Assembly: GCA_963838115.1 (NCBI GenBank)
Contig: CAWIPU010000004.1
Span: forward strand, 394,153-458,152
Reading direction: 5' to 3'
DNA from: an uncultured Chloroflexia bacterium
GTDB lineage: Bacteria > Chloroflexota > Limnocylindria > Limnocylindrales > CSP1-4
DNA: 64,000 nt
How positions within the stretch are numbered: position 1 is the first letter of the stretch; each line of letters starts with the position of its first letter. The notes under the pieces are model-generated. The model searched no databases and had not been told where the DNA came from. It saw only the letters and a program-made list of their open reading frames with translations. Below, piece by piece: positions 44,632-53,336 of this stretch. The position numbers and the translations under genes are program-made.

Positions 44632-45758
44632 GGCAGGTCGCTGGAGACCAGGCGCTGGACGGGACGAGCGGCGGCACGCTCCATGGCAAGCTCGACGACC
44701 CGCTCGCAGGTGCCAGGGAAGTCGTAGCCGCCCGACGCGGTCATGCGCGGGAAGAGGCTGATGGGCGTGAAGCCGGGGATGGTGTTGATCTCACTGATGT
44801 AGGGGATCCCATCTGCCGAGAGCAGCATGTCGACACGTGCGAAGCCGCTGGCTCCGATGGCGAGGTAGACCTCGACCGCGGCGCCACGGATCGATTCGGC
44901 CAACGCCGGGTCCAGGTCAGCCTGCGCGTCGGTGACGCTCTCGGCCGACCGATACTTGGCCACATAGTCGTAGAACTCGCGACCGGGCTTGATCTCACCA
45001 GGGCCATAGGCCACGGTGTCGAGACGGGTATTGCCCATGACGCTGGTCTCCAGCTCACGCGGATGGTCGAGGTAGGGCTCCACGATGACCAGGTCGTCGA
45101 ATTGGAAGGCCTCGCTGAGCGCGGCGCGCAGGTCGTCGTCACGCGCGATGTCGTGGACGATGGTGATGCCGATGCTGGAGCCCAGTCGGGCAGGCTTGAC
45201 GATGAGTCGCTGGTCCTCGAACCCGGATGCGAACAGGCGCAGGCCCGCCTCGACATCATCCGGATCCGCAGCGTGCTCCGGCGCGCGCACCTCTGCCCAC
45301 GGCAGCAACGGCAACTCGAGCGTGCCGCAGACGCGCTTGAAGAGCGTCTTGTCCATGCCGATAGCTGATGCCGCAGGGCCGGAGCCGCAGTACACCAGAT
45401 CAGCCGATTCGAGCAGGGACTGCACCTGACCGTCCTCGCCGAACGGGCCGTGCAGGGCGGGGAAGACGATCGGTCTCGGGTCAGACTCGGCGAGCGCCTC
45501 CAGTGCGGCCGCAGCACGCAAGGGGCCAGCGGCATCGAGGGAGGCCGGATCGCGGAAGGCCTCGGTCGGTAGCGCCGGATCCAGCGCCGCGAGAGGCAGG
45601 CGCCACCAGCCGCCGTCGAGGTCCAACAGCCAGCCGCTCACAGCGTGGCCGGCGGCGGCGAGTGCCCCGGCGATGGCACGGCCGGACACCAGCGAGACAT
45701 CGTGCTCGGCAGACGGTCCGCCAAAGAGGACCGCGATGGCAGTCGATGGCAAGCTCAC
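44628..45758 (-). CDS. ddl: D-alanine--D-alanine ligase
   Basis: ATP-grasp Ddl motifs (…IAVLFGGPSAEHDVSL…, …EINTIPGFT…). Confidence 0.9.
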   Translation of the reverse strand: MSLPSTAIAVLFGGPSAEHDVSLVSGRAIAGALAAAGHAVSGWLLDLDGGWWRLPLAALDPALPTEAFRDPASLDAAGPLRAAAALEALAESDPRPIVFPALHGPFGEDGQVQSLLESADLVYCGSGPAASAIGMDKTLFKRVCGTLELPLLPWAEVRAPEHAADPDDVEAGLRLFASGFEDQRLIVKPARLGSSIGITIVHDIARDDDLRAALSEAFQFDDLVIVEPYLDHPRELETSVMGNTRLDTVAYGPGEIKPGREFYDYVAKYRSAESVTDAQADLDPALAESIRGAAVEVYLAIGASGFARVDMLLSADGIPYISEINTIPGFTPISLFPRMTASGGYDFPGTCERVVELAMERAAARPVQRLVSSDLP

Positions 45759-45801
45759 CTGCGGACTCCTGGAAAGTCGCCCCTGTGCTCGTCGATGTTC
45801 G

Positions 45802-46797
45802 TCATGTCCCCTCCTCTATGCCCGCTGCCTCGTCCGCGTGATCGGCATCGTAAGAGTCGTCCCAGTCGCCCACGAACTCCACCTCATAGTGAAGGTCGAT
45901 ACCACGCTCGCGGCGCACGACTTCGCGTATCAGATCGCCCAGCGCACGCACGTCGGTCGCGCTGGCGCCGCCGGTGTTGACGATGAAGTTGGCATGCCTG
46001 GGGCTCACGACAGCGCCGCCGATGCGACGGTCCTTGAGTCCCAGCTCATCGATGATGCGCCCGGCCGAGTCGCCCGCGGGATTGCGGAAGACGCTGCCAG
46101 CCGACTTCTGGCCGACGGGTTGGTGTTCCGCGCGCCAACGACGGATCTCGTCGAGGCGCTCGGCGATGGTATCGGGGCTGGCGGGCTGCAGTGAGAAGGT
46201 CGCCTGCAGCACGACATCGGGACGACCCGGGGCACTGTGCTTGAGCCGTGTCTCACGGTAGTCCATGCCCAGCGCATCGGGCCCAGACGCCCGCTCCACG
46301 CCCCCGGCATCGACCACCAGCGCCTGGGCCAGGACGCCTCGCACGTCCGATCCGTGGGCGCCCGCGTTGGCCCAGACCGCACCGCCGACCGTGCCGGGGA
46401 TGGCCAAGCCGAACTCGAGTCCGGAAAGCCCGGCGACCTTGGCCTGGGTCGCCGCCTTGGCCATCTGCACACCCGCCTCAGCCACGAGCTGCTCGCCCTC
46501 GAGGCGCAGGCCGGCGGCCCGCACCACCACGACCAGGCCACCGATGCCGGCATCGCTGATGACCAGGTCGGAGCCGCGGCCGATGAGGAACAGCGGGATG
46601 TCACGTGAGCGCGCCAAGCGGGCGATCGCGCGCAGCTCGAACAGGTTGCGCACCTCCGCGAAAAGGTCAGCCGGGCCGCCGACGCGCATGGTCGAGAAGC
46701 GCGCCAGGGGTTCGTCCCGAGAGGTCTTGATGCCCAGGCGTCGCTGGATGTCGCCACCCAGCTTGAGCTGCTCCTCAGACGTCAGGCGCCGCTTCAC
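45802..46797 (-). CDS. murB: UDP-N-acetylmuramate dehydrogenase
   Basis: FAD-binding domain and MurB C-terminal domain; ATGA overlap with murG. Confidence 0.9.
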   Translation of the reverse strand: MKRRLTSEEQLKLGGDIQRRLGIKTSRDEPLARFSTMRVGGPADLFAEVRNLFELRAIARLARSRDIPLFLIGRGSDLVISDAGIGGLVVVVRAAGLRLEGEQLVAEAGVQMAKAATQAKVAGLSGLEFGLAIPGTVGGAVWANAGAHGSDVRGVLAQALVVDAGGVERASGPDALGMDYRETRLKHSAPGRPDVVLQATFSLQPASPDTIAERLDEIRRWRAEHQPVGQKSAGSVFRNPAGDSAGRIIDELGLKDRRIGGAVVSPRHANFIVNTGGASATDVRALGDLIREVVRRERGIDLHYEVEFVGDWDDSYDADHADEAAGIEEGT

Positions 46798-47945
46798 GAG
46801 TCGACTTTCAAGGTCGCCTCGAGCTGGGCTTGGGTGGGCAGCGGTTCGTGGGCGGCTAGCTTTTCCAGCAGCCGCGCGTTGGCCGCTGCCGCACCGGGCC
46901 GGCCGACGCCTCGCGCCGCGGCCGACATCGCCGCCAGGCGAGCATCGAAGAGCAGGTCACAGGCGCCTCTCAGGGCGTCTCCATCAAGATCTTCGTCGGC
47001 CACCAGCAGCGCCGCACCGGCGGCCACCATCTCCGCGGCGTTGGCCTGCTGATGCGCGGCCGCATGTGGATAGGGCACCACGATCATGGGCAATCCCGCC
47101 GCGGCGGCCTCGGCCAGCGTCGAGGAACCGGCCCGGCCGACGAGCAGGTCGGCAGCGGTCAAGGCGGCATCCATCTCGTCGCGCAGGAACGCGAAGGGGC
47201 GGTATCGCTCCTGTTGCGGCGCGGGCAGTGAGTCGCGCAGGGTCTCGGCTGCGGCGATGGCGGTGAGCCCGGTGATGTGCACGACCGAACAGCGTGCCAC
47301 CAGGTCCACGATGGCATCGGCCATGGCGTCGTTCAGCCGCCGGACCGACTGCGAGCCTCCGAAGACCAGCAGCACCGGGACAGCGGCCGGCAATCCCAGG
47401 CGGGCGCGGGCAGCGACCTTGTCCTGGCCGGCCAGCTGACGGATGGGAGTGCCGGTGATCAGCGTCGGCGCGGGCAGGCGGTCGCGCGTGGCGGCGAAGG
47501 AGACGGTGCGCGCGGTGGCCAGGCGGGCGCTCAGGCGGACGCTGCGGCCGGGCACCTGATTGCCCTCCCACAGCAGCGTCGGGATGCGCAGCGCGGCGGC
47601 CGCGGCCAGCACCGGGATGGCCACATACCCGCCGGTGGTATAGATGACGTCGGGCTGCCAACGCAGCAGCTTGAAGAACGCCTGCGGCAGCGACGCGGCC
47701 AGGCGCAGTGGATCGAGGATGGTGTGGAGGGAGGCGTCCACGGTCCGCAGCGAGCGTAGCCAGAGGCGATCGAGCGGGAGCCCTGCCGCGGCGACGATGT
47801 CATTCTCCAGGCCGCGGCGGCCACCCAGCCAGCGCAGCTCGAGGTCAGGCAGACGACGTCGCAGACGGGTCACCACGGCCAACGCGGGATAGATGTGGCC
47901 GCCCGTGCCCCCCGCCGCGATGAGGATCCTCATGCGCGTTGTCAC
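46794..47945 (-). CDS. murG: UDP-GlcNAc:undecaprenyl-PP-MurNAc-pentapeptide GlcNAc transferase
   Basis: N-terminal G-loop IAAGGTGGHIYPALAV. GTG start at 47945. Confidence 0.9.
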   Translation of the reverse strand: MTTRMRILIAAGGTGGHIYPALAVVTRLRRRLPDLELRWLGGRRGLENDIVAAAGLPLDRLWLRSLRTVDASLHTILDPLRLAASLPQAFFKLLRWQPDVIYTTGGYVAIPVLAAAAALRIPTLLWEGNQVPGRSVRLSARLATARTVSFAATRDRLPAPTLITGTPIRQLAGQDKVAARARLGLPAAVPVLLVFGGSQSVRRLNDAMADAIVDLVARCSVVHITGLTAIAAAETLRDSLPAPQQERYRPFAFLRDEMDAALTAADLLVGRAGSSTLAEAAAAGLPMIVVPYPHAAAHQQANAAEMVAAGAALLVADEDLDGDALRGACDLLFDARLAAMSAAARGVGRPGAAAANARLLEKLAAHEPLPTQAQLEATLKVDS

Positions 47946-49347
47946 CTCGACTAGTGGTCTCTCGGGAGATGGACAGAAGGATACCTACGGCAGCCAGAAC
48001 GACCACCAGCGAGGTGCCACCCTTGCTTACGAACGGCAGCGGCATACCGCTCATGGGGATGAGGCTGACGACGACGGCGATGTTGATGAGCGCCTGGAAG
48101 GTGAGCCAGGAGGTGATGCCCAGCGCCAGCAGGCCACCGAACGTGTCGGGGGCGTTCATGGCCACGCGCACGCCGCGCCAGGCCAGCAGCAGGAAGAGTC
48201 CGATGACCACCATGCCGCCCACCAAGCCAAGCTCCTGTCCCAGGACGGCGAAGATGTAGTCGTTCTCTGCCGCGGGGATGCGCATGCCCGTGGGTTGCTG
48301 GCTGACGCCCAGGCCCTGTCCGGCGACGCCACCCAGGGCGAGGGCCTTGAGCCCCTGCACCGTCTGATAGCCCTCATCGCTGGCGTATTTGAAGGGGTCC
48401 TGCCAAATCTGGATGCGCTCGAGCATGTATGGCTTGAGCATCACGAAGCCGGCCACCGCCGCGGCACCAACGGGCGCCAGCGTCAGCATCTTCCAGAGGC
48501 TCCCCCCGGCGACGTAGAACATCGAGAACGCGGTCAGCACCACCACACCGGTCCCGCCGAGGTCCGGCTCCACCACGATGAGCGCCGCCATCAAGCCCAC
48601 GATCAGGGTGAAGGGCAGCAGGCCACGTCGGAATGACCCGACCTCCTTGCCGCGCGTCGTCAGCCAATGCGCCGCGAAGATGATCAGGGCGATCTTGGCG
48701 AACTCGCTGGGCTGGAACGAGGGCAGGCCGCCGACACGCAACCAGCGCGTGGCACCGTTGATGGTGAGGGGCTCCAGCAGCGGCGGGATGTGGGGCCCGA
48801 TGACCAGGACCAGCAACACTAGCGCGACCACGATGCCGAGGATGGAGAAGGAGCGCCAGTAGCGGTAGTCGATGCGCATGGCTGCCACCAGGACCAGGCC
48901 ACCGAACAGGGCCCAGCCAAGCTGATCGGCGATGGCGTCGAAGACGGTGCCGCCGTCGATGGCCACGGCCTCGTAGCCACCGCTGGAGTAGACCATCAGG
49001 ATGCCGATGGCCGTGAGCGCCACCGCCGCCACCATCAGCAGGTAGTCAGGCTCATGGCGCTCGCGCTGCGGGCCCTGCACCACGCGGCCGGCCGCGCGGT
49101 CTCGGTTCGCGTGGCGAGAGGCCTCGCGCGAGGTGTTTCCGCTTCGCGTGGCTGGAGGAGACGGCTTGGCGGGGCGCGGCGGACCCGACACGCCGGGGCG
49201 CCTGGTGCGGTCGTCGGTGTGGCGTGAAGGCGGTCTGGACACCTGCGAGCGGCCAGTGAGCGTCGGCCGCGACTTGCGCGGGCGGAACGCACTCGGTGCC
49301 ACCTCACGGCGGGAGTCGTCGTCCCAGGGGAACCGGAGGGACTCCAT
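47845..49347 (-). CDS. ftsW: SEDS-family peptidoglycan glycosyltransferase FtsW, with a roughly 100-aa basic N-terminal tail and a 3' end overlapping murG by about 100 nt
   Basis: 10-TM SEDS core (…KIALIIF…, …PLPFVSKGGTSLV…). Confidence 0.85.
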   Translation of the reverse strand: MESLRFPWDDDSRREVAPSAFRPRKSRPTLTGRSQVSRPPSRHTDDRTRRPGVSGPPRPAKPSPPATRSGNTSREASRHANRDRAAGRVVQGPQRERHEPDYLLMVAAVALTAIGILMVYSSGGYEAVAIDGGTVFDAIADQLGWALFGGLVLVAAMRIDYRYWRSFSILGIVVALVLLVLVIGPHIPPLLEPLTINGATRWLRVGGLPSFQPSEFAKIALIIFAAHWLTTRGKEVGSFRRGLLPFTLIVGLMAALIVVEPDLGGTGVVVLTAFSMFYVAGGSLWKMLTLAPVGAAAVAGFVMLKPYMLERIQIWQDPFKYASDEGYQTVQGLKALALGGVAGQGLGVSQQPTGMRIPAAENDYIFAVLGQELGLVGGMVVIGLFLLLAWRGVRVAMNAPDTFGGLLALGITSWLTFQALINIAVVVSLIPMSGMPLPFVSKGGTSLVVVLAAVGILLSISRETTSRGDNAHEDPHRGGGHGRPHLSRVGRGDPSATSSA

Positions 49348-50852
49348 CAGCGCTGCCCCTCGGTCGCGATACGCTGCACCTCAGCCGCGATATGTGTCAC
49401 CGCCGCCTTGAACGCAGCGCCACGCGCCTCGTAGTCGCGGAACATGTCGAACGAGGCCGCCGCCGGGCTGAGCAGCACGAGCGACGGCGTTTCCTCGCGG
49501 GCGATGGCGGTGGCAACCTCGACGGCCTCCTCCATCGAGGACGCACGCTCGATGCGCCGCAGGCCGGCCGCGGCGAATGCCATGGCCATCTCATCGGCCG
49601 TCTCACCGAGGAGCACCGCAGCCGTGGCGCGTGCCGCGACCACCTCTGCCAGGGCATCGATGGGGTTGCCCTTGGCCCGACCGCCCGCGATCAGCACCAG
49701 CGGACGCTCGAATGCTCGCAAGGCAGCGATCACGGCGTCGGGCTGTGTGCCCTGGGAGTCGTTGACGTAGCGGACACCGGCGACCTCGGCCAGCGGCTCC
49801 AGGCGATGCTCGACACCGGTGAAGTTGCGCACGGCGTCGGCGATGGCTGCGGAGTCGATGCTGAAGTGCAGCCCCACAGCGACCGCGGCCAGCACGTTGG
49901 AGATGCTGTGCTCGCCGGGCAGGGCGATATCTCCAAGTAGCATGATGCGTCGCTCACCGTTCGGCCCTGCGTCGACGCCAGGCCCGACCAGGTCGTCACC
50001 AGCCACGATCCATCCATCCAGCACGCCGACGCCATCGCGGGCCGGGGCTGATCGCGCATACGACACCGTGCGCCGGCCCGGCGGAGCGAGATACGTCGAT
50101 ACCACCGGGTCGTCATCGTTGCGCACCAGGACACCAGCGGCCGGCAGCAGCTCGGCCAGTCGTCGTTTGACCGACTGGTATGCCGCCAGTGACCCGTGGC
50201 GATCCAGGTGGTCGGACGTCACGTGCGTGTAGACGGCGACATCGGTCCCGCGCGAGAGTGTCGGCAGCTGCAGCTCCGAGAGCTCCAGCACCACGAGGTC
50301 GTCCGAGCCAAGCTCCGGCAGCCGCTCGATGAGCGGGATGCCGATGTTCCCGCCCAACACGACGGGAGCATCGCCGCGGGCCAGCACCGCCGCGATCAAT
50401 GAGCTGGTGGTGGTCTTGCCCTTGGTCCCGGTGACGCCCACGGTCGTGGCCGGACACAGCCGCAGGAAGAGGTCGATCTCGCTTACCACCGGCACATGAC
50501 CGAGCGCTTCGACCTCCGCCAGGGCAGCCCGAAGGCGTGGCTCGGTCGTGGGGAAACGGCTGCTCACCGAGGGCGAGGTGCAGATGAGCGCCTGTCCAGC
50601 CAGGGCGACGCGCGGGTCGACCCCCGGACCCAGCAACAACCGGGGCCGACGATCGCCCAGGGCTCCGAGCACGTCGGCGAGGGCCTCGGCCGCACGAGCG
50701 TCGTAGACGGTCACGCTGGCTCCGCGGTCCACGAGGAACCGGGTCAAGGCCAACCCACTGCGGGCCAGACCGAGCACCGCCACCGGCTGCCCCTGAAAGG
50801 CACGCAGATCCAGGCGCTGCAGGTCGATCGCGGGTGCCGGGGACGTGGCCAT
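49347..50852 (-). CDS. murD: UDP-N-acetylmuramoylalanine--D-glutamate ligase
   Basis: …VTGTKGKTTTSSLIA… Mur ligase motifs. ATG at 50852 lies 3 nt after the mraY stop; the ORF-track 716-aa version is over-extended through mraY. Confidence 0.85.
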   Translation of the reverse strand: MATSPAPAIDLQRLDLRAFQGQPVAVLGLARSGLALTRFLVDRGASVTVYDARAAEALADVLGALGDRRPRLLLGPGVDPRVALAGQALICTSPSVSSRFPTTEPRLRAALAEVEALGHVPVVSEIDLFLRLCPATTVGVTGTKGKTTTSSLIAAVLARGDAPVVLGGNIGIPLIERLPELGSDDLVVLELSELQLPTLSRGTDVAVYTHVTSDHLDRHGSLAAYQSVKRRLAELLPAAGVLVRNDDDPVVSTYLAPPGRRTVSYARSAPARDGVGVLDGWIVAGDDLVGPGVDAGPNGERRIMLLGDIALPGEHSISNVLAAVAVGLHFSIDSAAIADAVRNFTGVEHRLEPLAEVAGVRYVNDSQGTQPDAVIAALRAFERPLVLIAGGRAKGNPIDALAEVVAARATAAVLLGETADEMAMAFAAAGLRRIERASSMEEAVEVATAIAREETPSLVLLSPAAASFDMFRDYEARGAAFKAAVTHIAAEVQRIATEGQR

Positions 50853-50857
50853 CGACG

Positions 50858-51835
50858 TCAGCTCAACAACCCGACCGTGCCCATGTAGAAGGCCACGCCG
50901 ACGAGCGCCGCGAGCGCGCCGATGATCCAGAACCGCAGCGTGATCTTCTCCTCGTCCCAGCCCACCAGCTCGAAGTGGTGATGCAGCGGTGACATCCGGA
51001 AGAGCCGTTTGCCACGCAGCTTGACGGACGCGATCTGCAGGATGACCGAGCCGGTCTCCAGCACGAAGACCAGGCCGATGAGCGGCAGCAGCAGGACCTG
51101 GCCGGTGATGAGCGCCGTCACCGCTAGCGTGGCACCGAGCGCCAGGGCTCCCGAATCGCCCATGAAGATCTGCGCGGGGTGCACGTTGAACCACAGGAAC
51201 GCCGCGATGGCACCGATGACGAGCGCACATAGCACCGCAAGGTCCAGCTGGCCGGTGTTGGTGTAGGCGATGACCATGTAGCCGGTGAAGGCGAAGATGA
51301 GCGTGCCGCCCGACAACCCGTCGAGGCCGTCGGTGATGTTGACCGCGTTGCTGGTAGCGACGATGGCGAAGGCGGCGATGAGGATGAACGCGACGGGATG
51401 GATGGCCACCGCGCCGAAGAAGGGCACTGCCAGCTGGTCGATCCCGTAGGTATCCTGGATCTGCCACGCGGCCACGCCGGCCACGACGGTCTGCCACAGC
51501 AGCTTCTGGGTCGCGCTGATGCCGTCACCGGTGCGCGCGTTGAGCCAATCGTCTGCGGTCCCCAGGAGGCCCACCAGTGCCAGTGTGGCCAGCGGAGCGG
51601 TCGTGGAAGGGTTGTCCCAGAAGCCCATCAGGAGAGAGACCGCAAGTACGACCAAGACGATGAGCAGGCCGCCCATCGTGGGCGTGCCTTCCTTGGTGTA
51701 GTGCGTCTCGGGACCGTCGAGCCGTATGCGCTTGCCCATGCCGATGCGCTTGAGGAAGCGGATGAAGGCCGGCATCGTCACGACCACCAGGGCGAAGGAG
51801 ACGAGGATGCCGTAGACGATGTTCTCGGCGCTCAT
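50858..51835 (-). CDS. mraY: phospho-N-acetylmuramoyl-pentapeptide transferase
   Basis: MraY motifs (…NAVNITDGLDGL…, …MGDSGALALG…). Confidence 0.9.
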   Translation of the reverse strand: MSAENIVYGILVSFALVVVTMPAFIRFLKRIGMGKRIRLDGPETHYTKEGTPTMGGLLIVLVVLAVSLLMGFWDNPSTTAPLATLALVGLLGTADDWLNARTGDGISATQKLLWQTVVAGVAAWQIQDTYGIDQLAVPFFGAVAIHPVAFILIAAFAIVATSNAVNITDGLDGLSGGTLIFAFTGYMVIAYTNTGQLDLAVLCALVIGAIAAFLWFNVHPAQIFMGDSGALALGATLAVTALITGQVLLLPLIGLVFVLETGSVILQIASVKLRGKRLFRMSPLHHHFELVGWDEEKITLRFWIIGALAALVGVAFYMGTVGLLS

Positions 51836-53334
51836 ACGGCCGCCGAGTCCGCGCCTGCTGCCAACACGAGCTGGTCCACGAGCACGTCGAGCGCCGCGCC
51901 GCGCGAAGCCTTCACCAGGATGGTGTCGCCATCGCGCAGCTCCCCCAGCAGCGTCGCCAGTGCCTCATCCCGATCGGCCACGACGTGGATGCGGGTAGCG
52001 TCCATGCCTGCCTTCAGGGCACCCGCGGCGATGCCGTCGGCGCCGCTGCCGACGATGATCAGCTGGTCGGCGACTTCCGCGGCCTCCGCGCCCACGCGAA
52101 CGTGCTCGGCCACCGTGGTGTCTCCCAGCTCCAGCATCTCACCGAGGACAGCGATGCGCCGCCCCGGCAGCTCCGCGAGGAGGCCCAGAGCTGCCAGGAC
52201 AGCATCGGGCGAGGCGTTGTAGGAGTCATCGAGGATGGACCACCTGCCGGCCCGGAGCAACTGCGAGCGGTGTGGCATCGAGAACCTGCGGCCGAGCCCG
52301 TGCACGATGTCGACGGCGTCCATGCCGGCGCACGTCGCCACGGCCGCGGCCGCGGCCGCATTGTGGACGCCATGCCGACCCAGCACGGGCGTGATGACGT
52401 GGTGTGTGCCGCCAGCGACGTGTGTGCCGCCCGGGAAACGCAGGGCGAAGCGCATGCCATCGACTCCCAGCGAGCGCACTTCGGTGGCCAGCACGTCAGC
52501 ACCGTCACTGAAGCCGTACGTCAGCACCTGCGCTGGCGTGGCCGAAGCCATCGCCATCACGCGCGGGTCGTCGGCGTTGAGTATGGCCCAGCCGTCGCTC
52601 GGCAGCGCCTCGACCAGCTCACGCTTGCCGGCCTCGATGGCCTCGATGGAGCCGGCGCGCGACAGGTGGACGCCACGTACCGCGGTCACGACACCGATGG
52701 ACGGCCGCGCCAATCGCGCCAGCAGCGCGATCTCGCCAGTGGTGTAGAAGCCCATCTCGAGCACCGCGACCTGGTGCTCGGGACGCAGCTGCAGCAACGT
52801 CAGGGGCAGCCCGATCTCGTTGTTCCAGTTGGCGGGATTGCGCAGGACGCTGAAGTCTTCTGTGAGCACCTCGGCGACCTGCTCCTTGGTCGACGTCTTG
52901 GCCAGCGAGCCGGTGATGCCGACCACCAGCGGCTCGAAGCGGTCGCGGTAGGCGGCAGCCACGGCGAGCAGCGCGACCGCCGTGTCATCGACGCGCACGA
53001 CCGAGATGCGCTCGCCGCCCGCCAAGGCGGCGATGCGCTCGGCCGGCAGCTCCTCGCTCACCACCAGCGCGGCGGCACCCGCGGCGACGGCATCCTCAAG
53101 ATAGCGGTGACCGTCGGTGCGCTCACCTCGCAGCGCGAAGAAGATGTTCCCATCCTGGACGAGACGCGAATCGACCGCGGCTCCACGTGCCGGGGGCAGA
53201 CCGGCGTGGATCAAGCGTCCGCGTGCAACGCGGGCAAGCTCATGGGGGTCGAATTGGGTCGCGGCGTCCTGCGACGACGCCGCGCTGGCTGGCATGTGGT
53301 GCGGCCCCTCTGTCACGGCGGCCCATGCTGACAC
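51832..53334 (-). CDS. murF: UDP-MurNAc-tripeptide--D-alanyl-D-alanine ligase
   Basis: MurF-specific motifs NWNNEIGLPLTLL and ILDDSYNASP. This places murF directly after ftsI with no murE between them. Confidence 0.85.
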   Translation of the reverse strand: MSAWAAVTEGPHHMPASAASSQDAATQFDPHELARVARGRLIHAGLPPARGAAVDSRLVQDGNIFFALRGERTDGHRYLEDAVAAGAAALVVSEELPAERIAALAGGERISVVRVDDTAVALLAVAAAYRDRFEPLVVGITGSLAKTSTKEQVAEVLTEDFSVLRNPANWNNEIGLPLTLLQLRPEHQVAVLEMGFYTTGEIALLARLARPSIGVVTAVRGVHLSRAGSIEAIEAGKRELVEALPSDGWAILNADDPRVMAMASATPAQVLTYGFSDGADVLATEVRSLGVDGMRFALRFPGGTHVAGGTHHVITPVLGRHGVHNAAAAAAVATCAGMDAVDIVHGLGRRFSMPHRSQLLRAGRWSILDDSYNASPDAVLAALGLLAELPGRRIAVLGEMLELGDTTVAEHVRVGAEAAEVADQLIIVGSGADGIAAGALKAGMDATRIHVVADRDEALATLLGELRDGDTILVKASRGAALDVLVDQLVLAAGADSAAV

Positions 53335-53336
53335 AA

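Noticed and set aside
49347-51497. 716-aa murD ORF, 652-aa dynamin ORF, 504-aa gcvPA ORF, 650-aa SBP ORF and other over-long ORFs from the track
   Set aside because: Each extends 5' through the stop of the upstream gene. Internal starts that are translationally coupled (ATGA/GTGA, or a few nt downstream of the previous stop) give proteins of canonical length.
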